Shown: piece after piece, positions 12,930-26,192 of the stretch
Numbering within the stretch: the stretch's first letter is position 1
Layout: each line of letters starts with the position of its first letter
DNA from: Podarcis tiliguerta
Taxonomy: Eukaryota
Assembly (NCBI GenBank): GCA_965153285.1
Contig: OZ229118.1
Strand: one strand, 5' to 3'
DNA: 64,000 bases
Made by a program: the position numbers and the translations under genes
Notes under the pieces: model-generated
Seen by the model: only the letters and a program-made list of their open reading frames with translations
What the model was told of the DNA's origin: nothing
Databases searched by the model: none

Positions 12930-15592
12930 AAATAATAATCAATATTAGAAACCAAGTTCACACTGAATATTAATAAATTCACTCATGATGTGGCATCACA
13001 AAATGGTGTGACAAGATGATTATCAAAAATCTGCCGTAACTAGCTCATAAACCATTCATATATTAAGGAGACAAGTTTGAAAATCTGATCTGAAAAGAAC
13101 CAACCCACTGAGTCACTCTGCCCATCTAAGCAAATGTATGGCAAATGTAGGGGAACAAAGGTCAGGTTCTGAGAGAATGGTCAGACAAGGCAGAGGTCAG
13201 ATTCTGGCAAGTCCAGTAAAGCAGGTAGCACCCTGGATAGCTCCGAATGAGGTTAAAGCTGAAGCACCAGAGAAGGCTTCAACAAGCAGCAACACTAGCC
13301 TTAAACAGAACTACAGCTCCATCTGGGTACCTAGAAGCACCCTCAGTGACCAAAGCTTCTTTGGTTGAAGTTGTGACTGAGTTAACAGGGAATGCATCTG
13401 ATAGCAAGCATATGTCAGCTGGGATTTCAGGACTGGAGCTGTTGGAGCCAAAGAACAGGAAGAGGACCTTCTCAGGCCACAGAGGTGTGGGCCAAATGAA
13501 AGTGAATATTCTTAGGAAACTGGATGACATAAAGCCAATAATTTATTGTGCAGCTATTCTGGGCTCCTGAGGACTGACGCCATACAGGCAACCCTATTTA
13601 TGACCACTTTTTCTATTAAGAATGAATAGTGGGGGGAAATGGGAATGGCAGAGGGGAGATGATGAACTGGAAAACAAGACTATAGGTGAAGGAAGAAGTG
13701 CTACAGAGAACAAATGAAAATAAAGAAAAATGAGAGGCATACGTACATTGTATATGCCAGAAGAGTAAGGTCTTTTAGTTCAAACACATTTAGTATTTCA
13801 CTGTAGGCTGTAGCTCTTGTTTCTCCCTTCCCAAGCTTTGGCATCACATTACTCTGCTGGAACATGAATAGGGGTCTGCAATGCTACTCTTGATCAGAAT
13901 GACAATCCATGAATGAAATATAGCTACATCATAGCCCCGAAAACCACTCAATCATGCATAATATATGCGACAAAATGCTTTGGTAATGGGACCGTAGACA
14001 GCTGTGCTTTGCTTTTGAGAGAAAAGAGCAACTCTTGCAAGTTTAAAGTAGGCAGAATAGCAAGAACATGTCATGGATCATCACTCCAAGGCATATTTTA
14101 TATATTATATAGCTAGCAGTCCATTAAAGTACATTTTCCAACAATGAAACTTAACGGATAATATGTGGCTTAATAGGTTTGTAAAATGTATTTGGGGAAC
14201 AGGGTGTGTGTGAAGGAACAACAGGCTTTAGGGCTCATGATAAAATCATCCAGACATCTCAGTGGTTACTTATAAATATGAAAGCTGTATCTCTGCACAC
14301 CACTGAAATGAATATCCCAGATCAACAAACTGATAAGAGCCCTATTTTGGAACTACTGCTACATTCCAGCTGTTTTGCCTCCTTCAAACCGTCAACATAT
14401 TCCATACAAGTACTATGGTTGCTGAAATACCAGCCAACAAATGACAAAATGTCAGTATGAATGTAGACACCCACGTCAGAGATAAAAGAGGCACATTACA
14501 TTCCAGTGACCTGTTGAAAAAGAAATTTGCTGGAAAGAAAGTCAAAGCATAATTGAAATGATCTTGAAGATGTCTAGCTTCTTTCTGCAGAAGTAGGCAT
14601 TTTGACTGTATAGATGCCGTGCTTAGTCAGTGGGAGATCATTTTCCATACATGCCCTAGCCAGGGTGGCAATGAAGCTAAGCTAAAAGTCTTTTAAACAA
14701 GCCTTGCAGAAGCAGGATCTGTATTAGAGGTTCTGTTGTATTTTACACCATGGGGTGGCTTCCATGGAAACATAAGTATGGGAAAACAACCTCCACCTCA
14801 CCCACAGCAATAAAATCAGAACTCATGCAGCAGCTAGACACACTTTTCTGGGAAACATGCTTTCTGTTAAAGAATACTGATACCTGTATCTTTTGGAAGA
14901 CAGGGAAAAGGCTGGGTGGTCCTCTAGTTGAGCAAATATTTATAGTGCTTCTTGCATCTAGTGTCCAGGGATGGGGAACTTGAGAACCTCCAGATGTTGT
15001 GCAACTCTGACTTTCTTCCCCACCCCAATCCTTATCTAAACAATAGCTATTAAATAGCCACTGATTGTATGGCACCTTCATGTTTGATGGTGGCATGTAG
15101 CTCACTTAAGCTTTAGAAGAACATATACATGCCACAGGAAAACTGGACAAAAGTATGAATACATAAAACAGTATTTGAAAATAATGGCTGGTGAGCAGGA
15201 GGCGTCATCTTAAAAATATTTTGTTAAAGTGAAGCTAGGACTGTGTATAACTGCATGCAAAGCTGCCTTATATTGGTAGAAACACACAATGACTCGGTCT
15301 GCCTACTAACAGGCTGCCTGTTAATACTAGCAACAGGCAGCAGCTCACAAGAATCTTGGGCTGTGGTCTTTCCTAGAACTGCTATGAACGATCCATGGAA
15401 AAAATGGACAGCAGGGATCAGCTCTTGTACCTGCTGTTTGCATAGCATGGGCTCTGCTGAAGAACCACCTGATCCCGTCTTCACAAAGCAGACCTTTCTC
15501 TGTCTTTATGCAGAATGTGTATTAGTTATCTTGAAACAGACTGGTAGAGAAATGTAAGAATTTGAGACAGGGCTTTTAAATAGTGGTGGCAG

Positions 15593-15900
15593 CCACGGCA
15601 GAGGAAGCCGCTCGGGCGCATGGACGGGGCGAGTCACCCAAGGGGCGGGGCGCACTGTGGGGCCTCCAGAGTCTGCCTGCCTCCTCCCACTCAGCGGCCC
15701 TATAGCTGGGGGGGGGGAGGCAGCAGGCAGACCATTTGGACAGCACGGAGCCTGCGCGCGCCCAAGCCATTACGTCTCTCCCAGGAGAGACGTGTGGTTT
15801 GGGCATGCTGCAGGCACCATGGTGAGTGCCGCCTGGCATTTTGTCACCCCCCTCAGTGGTGACACCTGGGGCGGCCCACACCCACCTTCCTCTGCCCCCG
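15593..15900. mobile_element. GC/CpG-rich non-autonomous hAT-like element
   Basis: Inverted ends GGCAGAGGAAG (15597-15607) and CTTCCTCTGCC (15886-15896). Flanked by imperfect 8-bp direct repeats GTGGCAGC / GTGGCAAC. Confidence 0.6.
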
Positions 15901-16855
15901 AGTGGCAACACCTTTATATTTTGAATGTTTCCCATCAGTGTCCAATGGAAGCTTGCACATACTTGGGATCTGTCCCTTCCATTCACCAAATTTGAATTTC
16001 CGTTTAATCAAAGACAAAGTTGAAGAAGGAAAAGGAGGCAGAGCACAACCAAGATTTTTAGTATTACCACAAAGGCGGGACATAAAATATTCTGGGTGGA
16101 ATTCAACGTAGCACTAAGAAGAGCATTCCATCAAACATTTGTGCTGGCCCAATGGAACAATCTCCCCTCTCCTCATCCTGCGCAGGCCCTCTGACTTGCC
16201 TGTAAATAGGTCTGAGATGTGGTTATAACTGCTGCTGCCGCTGCCACAAAGGCACTTTGCTCAGGTTGTTTTGTAGCCGTTTTCATTTGCAGATCCTTCT
16301 TACACAGTCTATTGCTACCTTCTTTCTCTCTCAGCTTTCCGTAGGGGCCTTTCCTGCTCCCATAGGGACATGATTTGGGAGAATGACAAATTTATGTCTT
16401 TCCCTCAATCAAAATACATAGCAAGATTAAGAATGAATTCTAATACTCTGTTCTCCATCTCAAAATTCTTTCAGAGGAAACTGTTAGAACTTCAAGAAAC
16501 ATGTTTGCATACAGTGCAAATTGCATTTGTTTTGCTTCTATTTTACCAGCATGCTCCAGAATAAAATCTTTGGATATTACCCCCATGTGAAATTCAGTAA
16601 GGTTCATTAAGCAAGGCAACAACCCTCAGAAAAGGAGAAAGAATAGTTGCTCTTGAGACAGTTTTCCTCACAGATTCTTAAAATTTAAGAAGTTTCTTTA
16701 AAATTGATTGTGCAAAACAGCTTGTTAAAGACCTTTCAGTAAAATTAAACTATGATTGTTTTAAGAATCTATGTGTCTGCCAAATCCTATGCTTGATCCA
16801 AACCTAAATGACGATATTTATTGAAAGGAAGACATATTAACATGAAAAAACACAT

Positions 16856-16861
16856 TTTATT
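16856..16861 (-). terminator. Poly(A) signal AATAAA; a second AATAAA lies at 16822-16817
   Basis: Minus strand reads GTGCAATAAAATGTGTTTTTTCATGTTAATATG, similar to the mammalian FBXW7 mRNA end as I recall it. Confidence 0.8.
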
Positions 16862-17073
16862 GCACTTAAGTTATAAGAAAATAAAATTTCTAAGTGAATC
16901 AAATCATAGACACAATCCCTTTAAAGGTTGTTTTCCTCCATCCTGTCAGGTTGTTACATAACTAAAAATTAACAAACTGAAATCTGATTTAAAAAAAAAA
17001 ATCAGACTATAAATAAACCAAAAAGGAGGGGGGAGGGGAAACAAGATCGCCTAGGATACAGTGTTAAACCACT

Positions 17074-18274
17074 TTCACAGTTCAGCTTGAGTTGTGGCTC
17101 TTGGAGAATGAGGCAAACCAATTGATAATTGCATTTTTTTTTTCATGTGACAACTTTACCACAAAAACCAAATCGCTTTTGCTTGTCAGTTCCTCACCAC
17201 CATAAAACTGTAACAGTCATTCTTCTCAAATTCTGTAAAACACTAAGACTGACCAGCAATTTATTTTCATTGTTGTATGTTTCTTTTTTTAAAAAACATC
17301 TTGTCAGTTTCATTATGTCTGTTTATTCCATTCACCACAGCCCTCACAAAGAAACGTTTCCCCACAGAACAGGCCGCAAGAGCTTTGTTCCAAGGAATGT
17401 GTTTTAATTTTTGCCCAGAAAAAAAAAGAAAAGAAAAAAAAGAAAAGAAAAAGCTTTGCACGCACTCTCAATTCTTTACTTGCAAGCAAACTTCACTCTA
17501 AATTGTCTGAAACTCTTCCACTCTCAGCCTCTTAGAGGCACAGTTGGCTCAAGTTTCAGTGGCAAAAAGTCTTTTTTTTTTATTTTCCGTAACCAAACTA
17601 GAGCAAATTTGGAATTCAGTCTGGGACTAAAACGTCACAGCAGAAAAAAAATAAAAATAATTTGCTTTTTTTCCTTTCATTTAGCAGCATAAATAAGTTT
17701 GGCCACTGGGAATACAGTACAGGGGTGGGACAACAATCCCAGAGTTGAAGACCTACTTCTAGCACCAGCATCATGTATTAAAACCATCTGAGGAATCTCC
17801 AAATTCTGGACAACTTGCCACCTCAGAGCAACTTATGCATTGAAGAGCATAGATGGAAGCAACAGTTAATAAGATCAACAGAGGCTAATACTGTGATTGA
17901 CATTGGCAATGGTTGGCAAAATTAACATAAAAAAGCTGTAAAACTGTACAAAAACAATTCACAGTAAGATTTTAGCTTTTCCACACATGGAAAGGACTCT
18001 TTGCTGTCACAGATGCTCTCTTCTTTGAAAGACAATCAGTAACTAATAATGGAGGTATGAAGCTCCTTTCTAGATTTCCGTGGTAAAAGAACAGGGTTAA
18101 CAAGAATCGTAACAACTTTTTAAGTTTCCACCATGCTCAACGAGCACTGAGAGGAACACACAAAAGAAATAATTGCACCTGGCTTGATTTGGAAAGTCAT
18201 ATTTTGCAAAGCTGCCCCCATTCAAAAGTGAAGCTTTCGATGTGATGAGACAGCAAATGCCTCTCTTGTCAGTT
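17074..18274 (-). promoter_or_regulatory. Cluster of miRNA seed matches in the 3' UTR
   Basis: 8-mers: miR-27 (17074-17081, 17958-17965), miR-223 (17184-17191, 17302-17309, 18267-18274), miR-15/16 (17682-17689), miR-101 (17713-17720), miR-29 (17760-17767), miR-200bc/429 (17886-17893). 7-mers: miR-182 (17903-17909, 17913-17919), miR-25/92 (18172-18178). Confidence 0.75.
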
Positions 18275-18449
18275 ACAGTTCGTCAACTTTGTGTCTTCTC
18301 CTTCGTAGTCTGTAGGTCTTTAGGATCTGTTGCCCCAAGCCAACATCCTGCACCACCAAGGACAAGGGATTTTTTTTTCCTTTTTGCAGAGGGAGGGAGG
18401 GAGGATAGAACATTATTTGCATTTCTGGACAAAATAATCTTTTCAAGCT

Positions 18450-18718
18450 TCACTTTATATCCACATCAAAGTCCAATACCAGCAGCTTGGTTTCCTCAGT
18501 CCCGTTCCGGCTTCCAACTGCACAAACTAGCTTCGTGTTAGAGGCTCTGATCCGCCATACCACACCTCCACTGCCTCCGCTTTCCAATGTAACCAGATTT
18601 CGGATAAATTCACCCGTTTTTAAGTCCCATAGTTTTACAGTCCCATCATCTGAGCTGGTAATTACAAAGTTCTTGTTGAACTGTAAACAGGTCACAGCAC
18701 TTTGATGCTTGTTGGGAC
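18450..18718 (-). CDS. FBXW7: FBXW7 last coding exon, 269 nt including stop (PNKHQSAVTCLQFNK...LLVLDFDVDIK*)
   Basis: Acceptor TTTAG, TGA at 18452-18450. Confidence 0.97.
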
Positions 18719-20748
18719 CTAAAGCAATTGAAGACAGGAAAGAAGGGAAATGTCAGACAGAGGCTAGCGTGTAATCTGTTCAATAGATCAAAAACAGAAA
18801 GTAGAGGAAAATTTGCCAGTAGCCAATGAAGCAACTGAAGAAGTACTCCTCGCTTAAAAACACCTTGTCAGAGAGAAAAGGAGAGAGAAACAAATATGAA
18901 ATTAACAGCTGTCATAGTGCTGCACTTTACACACCTGAGGAAAAAGCATGATATACGGTGGCAGCTACCATGATTTCTCTTTCTTGGGCGAGAAGAAAGA
19001 GAGCACAGAAACAGAGTCATTTTAGAATGACTTGTTTAAAGCAGGCTGGCAGTGCTTGTCCATCTTATCTGAAGATGACCTTGCAAAGCTATGAAGACTG
19101 TAGAAGGAGGTGTCTATGGGGAAGGCTGCTCGTCTTTTGCCATCTGAAATCCATCCATAGTGCTTTTCCAACTAGGGGAAAACAATGCATCCCTGTGGCA
19201 GTTGTGTGAGTCATTCTTTCATGTAGCAGAGAGGAGAATAGAGCAGTGTGTGGTGAGTTCTTGATTTTTATTTGCAAGACTGCCTTCTTAATGACATTTT
19301 CTCATCAACCCACATGAATAACCAAACTTTAACGAAAGGTTCCAGTCTGAGAATAATAATAAGCGTATTTGGCTTAACTGCATGATGGACTTTCCATAAT
19401 AACTTACGGATAAAAGCCTGTAAAAACCATATTTCAAATCTGATAGTATGTTTAGAAAAACAGACTCTTATTTTTAAAGACTTGTTTTGAAAAGAATATG
19501 CCTACATATCTATGCATATATGTCCATGCAATAAACAAAAGAAACGCTAACAGTTTTCTTTCCCTCCCCCACTCTTCACCTTTTTAAATGCCACACGTAC
19601 TCTGAAATCATTCTTTTTGATTTATATGAATAGGCAGCGTGTTCTTATGTACTGTCTGCCTTTCCAATTAACCTCCAGCCACTAGAATGTCTCAATAACT
19701 TCCGAATGAAAATAATGAGTTGCTGTTTTAATGACTGCATTTTTTCAGATTAATGTGGTTTATTAGAGTAAATAAATTAGATTAAATAACCTGAACAAAT
19801 TTTCAACTGTCTCAGACTGTTTTCTTCAGCAATAAATATTTCTACTAGATCAGTGCATAACCACCGGCAGTCAGTTCATAGAAAAATGATGCCCAAGCAG
19901 GGAGAATGTGTCTGATTCTGGAGCTTTGTTTTTCTTGCTTTATTTTATTTGTTAAAATTTATGTTCCTTTCTTTTCTTCAAAGTACTAGGTACTCATTTA
20001 GAACACAGCTTGGCTAAATGTACAATTGAAGCACTTCTCTAGTGTTAATTTTATCCTGTAGAATACTTCAGTTTTAATTACGCAACATGGCCAGTTGGTC
20101 TTTTTCCAGAGAAAGGTTCCAAGACACGCAGACATTCTACACCTGCAAGGTGTCATTTGAAAGCCCAGGGCATAATATCCTGGTCAGAAACTAATTCCGT
20201 AGGAAAACCACATTTGGAAAGAACTGAGGGAGGGGTGGAGTCAAAGTGACCCATTGCAGAGTCAAAGTACCTTTTCTACCTTTTGGGTGGCAACTTAGGG
20301 TTTGGGCAGAAAGCACTCCAGAATGCCTCACTGCCATAGATGGGCAATTATAAATTCAGACAGGGTGCTTATGGGTGTCAAAATTCCTATGACCGCTCTC
20401 TCAATGGCTAAGTATTTAATTGCTTAGGAAAAACTAGTTCCTTCCTCTTTGCTATTATAGCATATCTGACTGCCATTTATTATACTTTTCTTGCCAACGA
20501 AAAGAAACTATTACAACAGAACAAATCATTCAACGATATCAAGAGAGAACAGCAGAAACAGAGATGGAAAATGCAAAAGTGAGTATTTCCCCCCATATTC
20601 ATTTCCGACCAGCAGATGAGGCTATCCTCTTTATTGTATTCAGATCTTAAGCATGTGTTCAATCTATAACTGCATGTGTAGAGTCATTAATACTGCGTTG
20701 TCCTGTGAGAACTTTACATTTAGTTCCATAAGACCATGAGAAGCTTAC

Positions 20749-20959
20749 CTTGCAACGTTTGTAAACACTGTCCTGTTTTGATATCCCAGATTTTGACTGT
20801 AGAATCTGCATTCCCAGAGACAAGAATGTTGTCCTTGAGTTCCATCCCACTTGTTAACGACTGGTGCCCTGTTAATGTGTGAATGCAGTTTCCGGTCTCT
20901 ACATCCCAAACTCTGATTGAAGTGTCAAGAGACCCACTCACCACGTGGATACCATCAAA
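20749..20959 (-). CDS. FBXW7: FBXW7 common exon 9, 211 nt (WD40: [20 protein letters not shown]...QCLQTLQ)
   Basis: Acceptor CCCCTTAG, donor G|GTAAGC. Confidence 0.97.
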
Positions 20960-21062
20960 CTAAGGGGGGAAATGTGAACTAAATTAATATATTTTTATTG
21001 TTTAAAAAATCTGTAAACACTTATTATGTTTACTTCTACAGTCCCATACATAGCTAGATATG

Positions 21063-21240
21063 TAATAATAATAATAATTAATAATAATTTTTATTTATAT
21101 CCCACCCTCCCCAGCCAAGACCAGGCTCAGGGCGGCTAACACCAGGTATAAAAACAATTGATTAAAATACAACTTAAAAACAAGATTAAAACACAACATT
21201 AAAATGCAGCCACATTTCAGTAGAAACTCAAATCAAAAAC
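21063..21240 (-). mobile_element. L2-type LINE 3' end with (TAA)n tail
   Basis: (TAA)n TTTATTTATATCCCACCCTCCCC...GGCTCAGGGCGGCT followed by an A-rich tract. Confidence 0.65.
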
Positions 21241-24200
21241 TTTTTGGGGATAAGCATTTCTGATATACTTTCAGAAACAGTAAGATCATTTCAGATTGCT
21301 CACTGCAGCCTAAACCCAGCTTCTCTGGTTTAATTTCTTGATATCCAAATATAGGCTACACTGTGACTCAAATTGCTCAAGGAACTACTCCACATGTACC
21401 TGGAACAAGTGACTATGGCCAAACTAGCCGGAACCTTACTTACAGATACACAAGGGTTTCCCTAAATCACAAAGATGATCTGTAATATGTCCCACTTCAC
21501 TTTCAAAGAGAAAAGGGCTAATCTAGAGCATGTTTCATTACATCCTTGTATATTATTTTAATATTACCTGTTAATGCTGTGTATTAAAAAAAAACATTAT
21601 TTTAATACAGATGCAAGCTTTGATTGGTTTAAATTTCCAGCTTGATCAACCAAATATATCTTGTCCTTGCCTAATAACAAATTAAGATTGAAAGGCATAC
21701 AGCAACAGCAGGAACAGCCCCCACTTCCCCCAAAAAGAATCCCTAAAATTCTGGCATTCACCCCAAAATACAGACTGCTGAGAACCACAAGGAAGTGAAG
21801 CATACAGTGATGAGTTAAAATGTCAATACATCTTAAAATGATGAAATATTAATATTTCTAATATCATGCTTATTACCTTAATAGGAAATATTTTACATTA
21901 ATAACCATCGAACAGATGGAACAATTAAATATGGTGCTCTCATCTAGTAATCAAAGCTTTGATTAAATTGTTACATAATTCTGTTCTCCATTCAATCCTC
22001 TCAAAGAAGCAATTAAAGTGAAGTTATATCAAAAAGCAAATTTATTGGCAATGAGAAATATCCTCGTCAAACTCAAGAGAAGAACCTAAAAGTTTCCTTC
22101 CTCTATGAGAAGGCAGGCCTTTTCAGCCTTTAGATCCAAAATTAAATTAATGCCAGATGATGTTTTCATTTATTCTTACACTACCAATGATGAAAAGATG
22201 GGCTGTTGTAGATTATAATTATAATTTGAAGGTTCTTATATGTGTCACATGATTAAAGTGGTACATCTGTAAATGCACAGGTTTTCATATGCAGCAAAGC
22301 AACTTAAAGCAGTCAGACTACAGTGTTCAAATAAACTCTATTTCCCCAAGGCAGTAGCAAAGAGGGGTAAAACTCATTCTGCACATGAGTGAAACTCATC
22401 TTGTACTTATGGAGGGCCTACAGGATTATTTACTCATTATATATAATGTGCTTGTAAGTCTAGTCCAAGAGTTCTAGCATATCTAAGAATAGCTGTTTAT
22501 TCTTCTGCTTAAGCTTTTTCAATCCATACAATGCTAGAGTACCAGTAGGCAAGCTAAAAGACCACCTCTGAAATTCAAGAGTGATGAAAGACATGACCAA
22601 GCAATTTATCAGATGAAATGAACTTATCTGTATCAATTAAGCTTTATTCTATTTATCTTTTAAATTGTGCTAATTTTTTTTACAATTTTATATATATAAT
22701 TAAGTTTTTGGCCTGCAATTCTTTTTAGTATACCCATCAATGATATATACAGCAATCATCAAAACCACTTACAATCCTTTTTTAAAGTATTTTCATTGGA
22801 TTTTCAATTATCCTAATTTAATACGGTCCATTTAGAACACTGGATACTACTTTAACTCTGTTTTAGTAACACCAAGTTAATTAACAGATGGACCGCATTT
22901 GTTTAATTTTTCATATATTACGTTTTTATCCTACGCTTCTTTTAAGGAGTAAAACTGCACATGAGCTCTTATTCCCACCCCCACCCCTTTCATTTTATCC
23001 TTACCAACAAATGAGTTTTATGCTTAAGTGTGGGCTGTAACCTAGATCTTCCCGGATAAATTTCACAGCACAATTTAGCCACTAAACCGCATTGACTCTC
23101 AAGGAACCAAGTGTTCATTGAACCAATGCAGCATCCATGTCTAAGGAAAAGAAAAACTGCACAATTTGACACAGTTCATTTAAAAAGCCTCAACAATGCA
23201 ACCTCACAAGTGATTCACCAAGTCTCACTCTCCCCGACACATCAGAATCAGAGAAAAGGGAAACACTGTAAATTTAGCCTTCCTTTTTTGTCCTTTTTTG
23301 CAATATTTCTCCATCTTATATATGGTGCACCTTGATCTATTTTAAGTTGAAATAACTATGACCCAAAAGATTCAATTAGAACATATCATGCAAATTACTG
23401 ATGTTATACATACATTAAACATTTTAGCAGAAATTTTATTTTAAGCAAGTGTGTGAGGCAAGGAAAACAATTAACATAAAATTCATATAACTCAACTTTT
23501 TATAATTACCAAATGAACTATTTCAATGCTTTGTGTATAGGTTTCACTAGAAGTATTGCGCTCCAGTTTATTTAAATGCCAGCAGCACAATTTATTTGGA
23601 GAAAACTTATTTTCATGGTTGGTGCAACACTGCACTATACCAACAAAAATAGCTCTTTATATTTTCCACATCCTGGCTCTAATAATGCCTGAATTCACTC
23701 TTTTATACCACACCATAACAAGCTAAAATGGCAAAGACAGCTATTTGGTCAACTTAAATACAGGTCATTAATAGATTTCTATTCCTTCCTTCACTGACAT
23801 TTATCATCACTCTGTTTAGAGGATGTTCTACAAAGTCAAGCACCAGAATATTCTAAAGATGAATTAGCAGATAAAAATGTTCTCTGGTTTACTGGTTCTG
23901 CTATCTAGAAACACCATGCTAACAGTGGATCAAATGAAGCCTTCTCCCCAACCCAGTTAATAACCAATATTAGTTGCATGGACAATGTGCCATTTATTTG
24001 AGCTGAATTGAAGGTGCTGCCACTAACCTAAATGGTTAAATGCCTAAATGGTTAGGGCCCAAGGTGCCATCCAGAGTATATCTCGCAATGCATTATGATA
24101 ATATGGTGGCGCCATGCTCAGTGAGACTGACCTCTACAAGGGGCAGAATCATTTTGGCAATGAAACCTCCATTACCTATGGAATACTGTCCCCTTTGCTG

Positions 24201-24794
24201 CCTGTATAGTTTTTTTTTCCCCATAAGGAAGTATATTAAAACCTCTTTTTCAGTTAATCCTGAATCTGTGTTCTATTTTAATTATTTAAAACATTTTATA
24301 AATTGCCTTTCCGCCCCAAAGTAATATTAAACATTAAAAAAAGCAATAACTACCAAAATTAAAAGTAAACGGAACCATCACTGAAACAAAACCAGAGTGT
24401 GGTTTTGTTGTAGAGTTTGGTAATGGATAATTTTGGATTGTGGTTTGTATGATTGCAAGTGCTCCCTTATGGGAAGAAAGACAGGTTTTAAATGAATGAA
24501 ATGTAAGATAAATGTGGATACAGTTGACCTTTCCTACAATGCAAGCGAAGATTGGTACGAAAGTTGCTCTCACAGCATTGTAGGAACACATTGTCAAGCT
24601 CTCTTTATTTAAAGCTTATAATGTAATTAAGAGGACTAGAGAGACAAAGGACGGAAGAGAAAGGAAACTAAGGATGCATAGAACATGGTTCACTTTTATT
24701 ATTTGCTGGCTACTCAGCAAATATTCCATTTGGCGTCCATAACTATTAGTGGAAAACTGAAGGACACTTATAGCACCAGATGCAGTATGCTTAC

Positions 24795-25020
24795 CTGTAA
24801 TGAATAGACTCTATTAGTATGCCCTTGCAAGGTGTGTAGACAGGTTTCAGTTTCTGGATCCCATACTTTGACCATGAAATCATATGCTCCACTAACAACC
24901 CTCCTGCCATCATATTGTACACACCGGACTGCAGCTACGTGACCCATCAGAACATGTAAACACTGGCCTGTCTCTATGTCCCAAACTCTCAGGGTAGCAT
25001 CTCGAGACCCACTGACAACT
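24795..25020 (-). CDS. FBXW7: FBXW7 common exon 8, 226 nt (WD40: [40 protein letters not shown]...NRVYSLQ)
   Basis: Not in the ORF track; read manually. Long polypyrimidine tract plus CCTAG acceptor, donor CAG|GTAAGC. Confidence 0.97.
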
Positions 25021-26192
25021 CTAGGAGGGGGGAAAAAAGAAAAACAAAAGCTGCATTTAGTTTTATGTGGCCATTTTAATTGTATTTAGTTCAGACGGCT
25101 ACCTAAATAAGTTCTATGTATAAAAGCAGGTAATTAACCCATTCCTATTGACAGACACAGTGGCTACAACCGTTGCTTCTGAAACCTTGGCACCAGATTT
25201 TAAGACTGAAAAATATAAGCAAGCTTGGTTTTCTAATGCCACTCCTCATAACATATTTGACAGCCTTATCCTCACCAGCAGCAAGCTGTTAGTAGCTTTG
25301 GGTCAACGAACCTATGTTTACCCTCTGAGAATGTTAGAAATGTAGTGCACCTGCTAATGTCCTTGAAGCAACATTAGTATTAACCTACTAATGTGGATCC
25401 GGACTTTAAAGATGTATTTCCCCTTTAGCACTTCTCCTTAACTGGTACAGAATAATCAGCCTATGAAGATTACAGGTTCATGAACTACCCCAGTTCAAAA
25501 CTATAAGCATGTGTCACTTGTCTTTTAATAATGGGTTTGCAATTGATATTTTAATATTCTTTTTAAAGCAAAATTGCATCTGGAAGTTATCTTTAGTTCT
25601 CCCCTTTTCCGCTTAAAAGTTTTGCTCTATTTCTGTTTTAAGACCTGGACTTAGAAGCTACAACTCTGTCTACTTTTGATGCAAGAAATTCAGTGTTAAA
25701 AAGGCAATTATCAAACTGAGCAAAAACTTAAAGTAATATTTAGACAAGCAGAGAAAGAAAGAGCCTTTCCTTTTGTCAATTAAAGTGAGGTGATTTTACC
25801 ACACTAAGAAGTAGGATGGCTATAAAAGAAAAGAGGCTATTAGTAGAAAACAATTATCTGATTACATGATTAAATATCCACCTTGTGGTTCTATTCCTGC
25901 ACTTTTCAGGTCTTCTCCCCCTTTTCTCCTTTGCAAAGTTTTCTATGTGATTGGGGTTTTTTTTCTACAATTGTGCATAAAAACTCGTTCCAAATGTAAG
26001 GATTATTTATTCCAGATTGTATTAATAGATTTATATTAAAATATTAATTTTTTGCAATTAAATTTTTGAAGCTTATATAAGTTTCATTGATGGAGTTGTC
26101 TGTTCCAACTGAAACTTAATTAAGCTTGATTTAATGTAAAGTACAGAAAAGCTGAAGAAGTAATCAAATTACAATTGTTGATAAACAGTTAC

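Larger units (their letters stand above)
16835..18449 (-). other. FBXW7: FBXW7 3' UTR (~1.6 kb, U-rich, no recognisable transposons)
   Basis: Runs from the stop codon to just past AATAAA and contains many 8-mer miRNA seed matches. The 3' end is approximate. Confidence 0.85.

Noticed and set aside
13138-13570. Overlapping ORFs of 76-107 aa in purine-rich sequence
   Set aside because: No recognisable domain or supported splice structure. Possibly an old repeat, but I could not identify it.
15576-15995. 137-aa and 112-aa ORFs, or a CpG-island promoter of a separate gene
   Set aside because: Explained by a GC-rich element with inverted ends and a TSD; stop codons are rare at this GC content.
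18487-18705. Plus-strand ORFs antisense to FBXW7 exons (also 26175-26378, 31354-31536, 54227-54451)
   Set aside because: Shadow ORFs of coding exons with no independent evidence.
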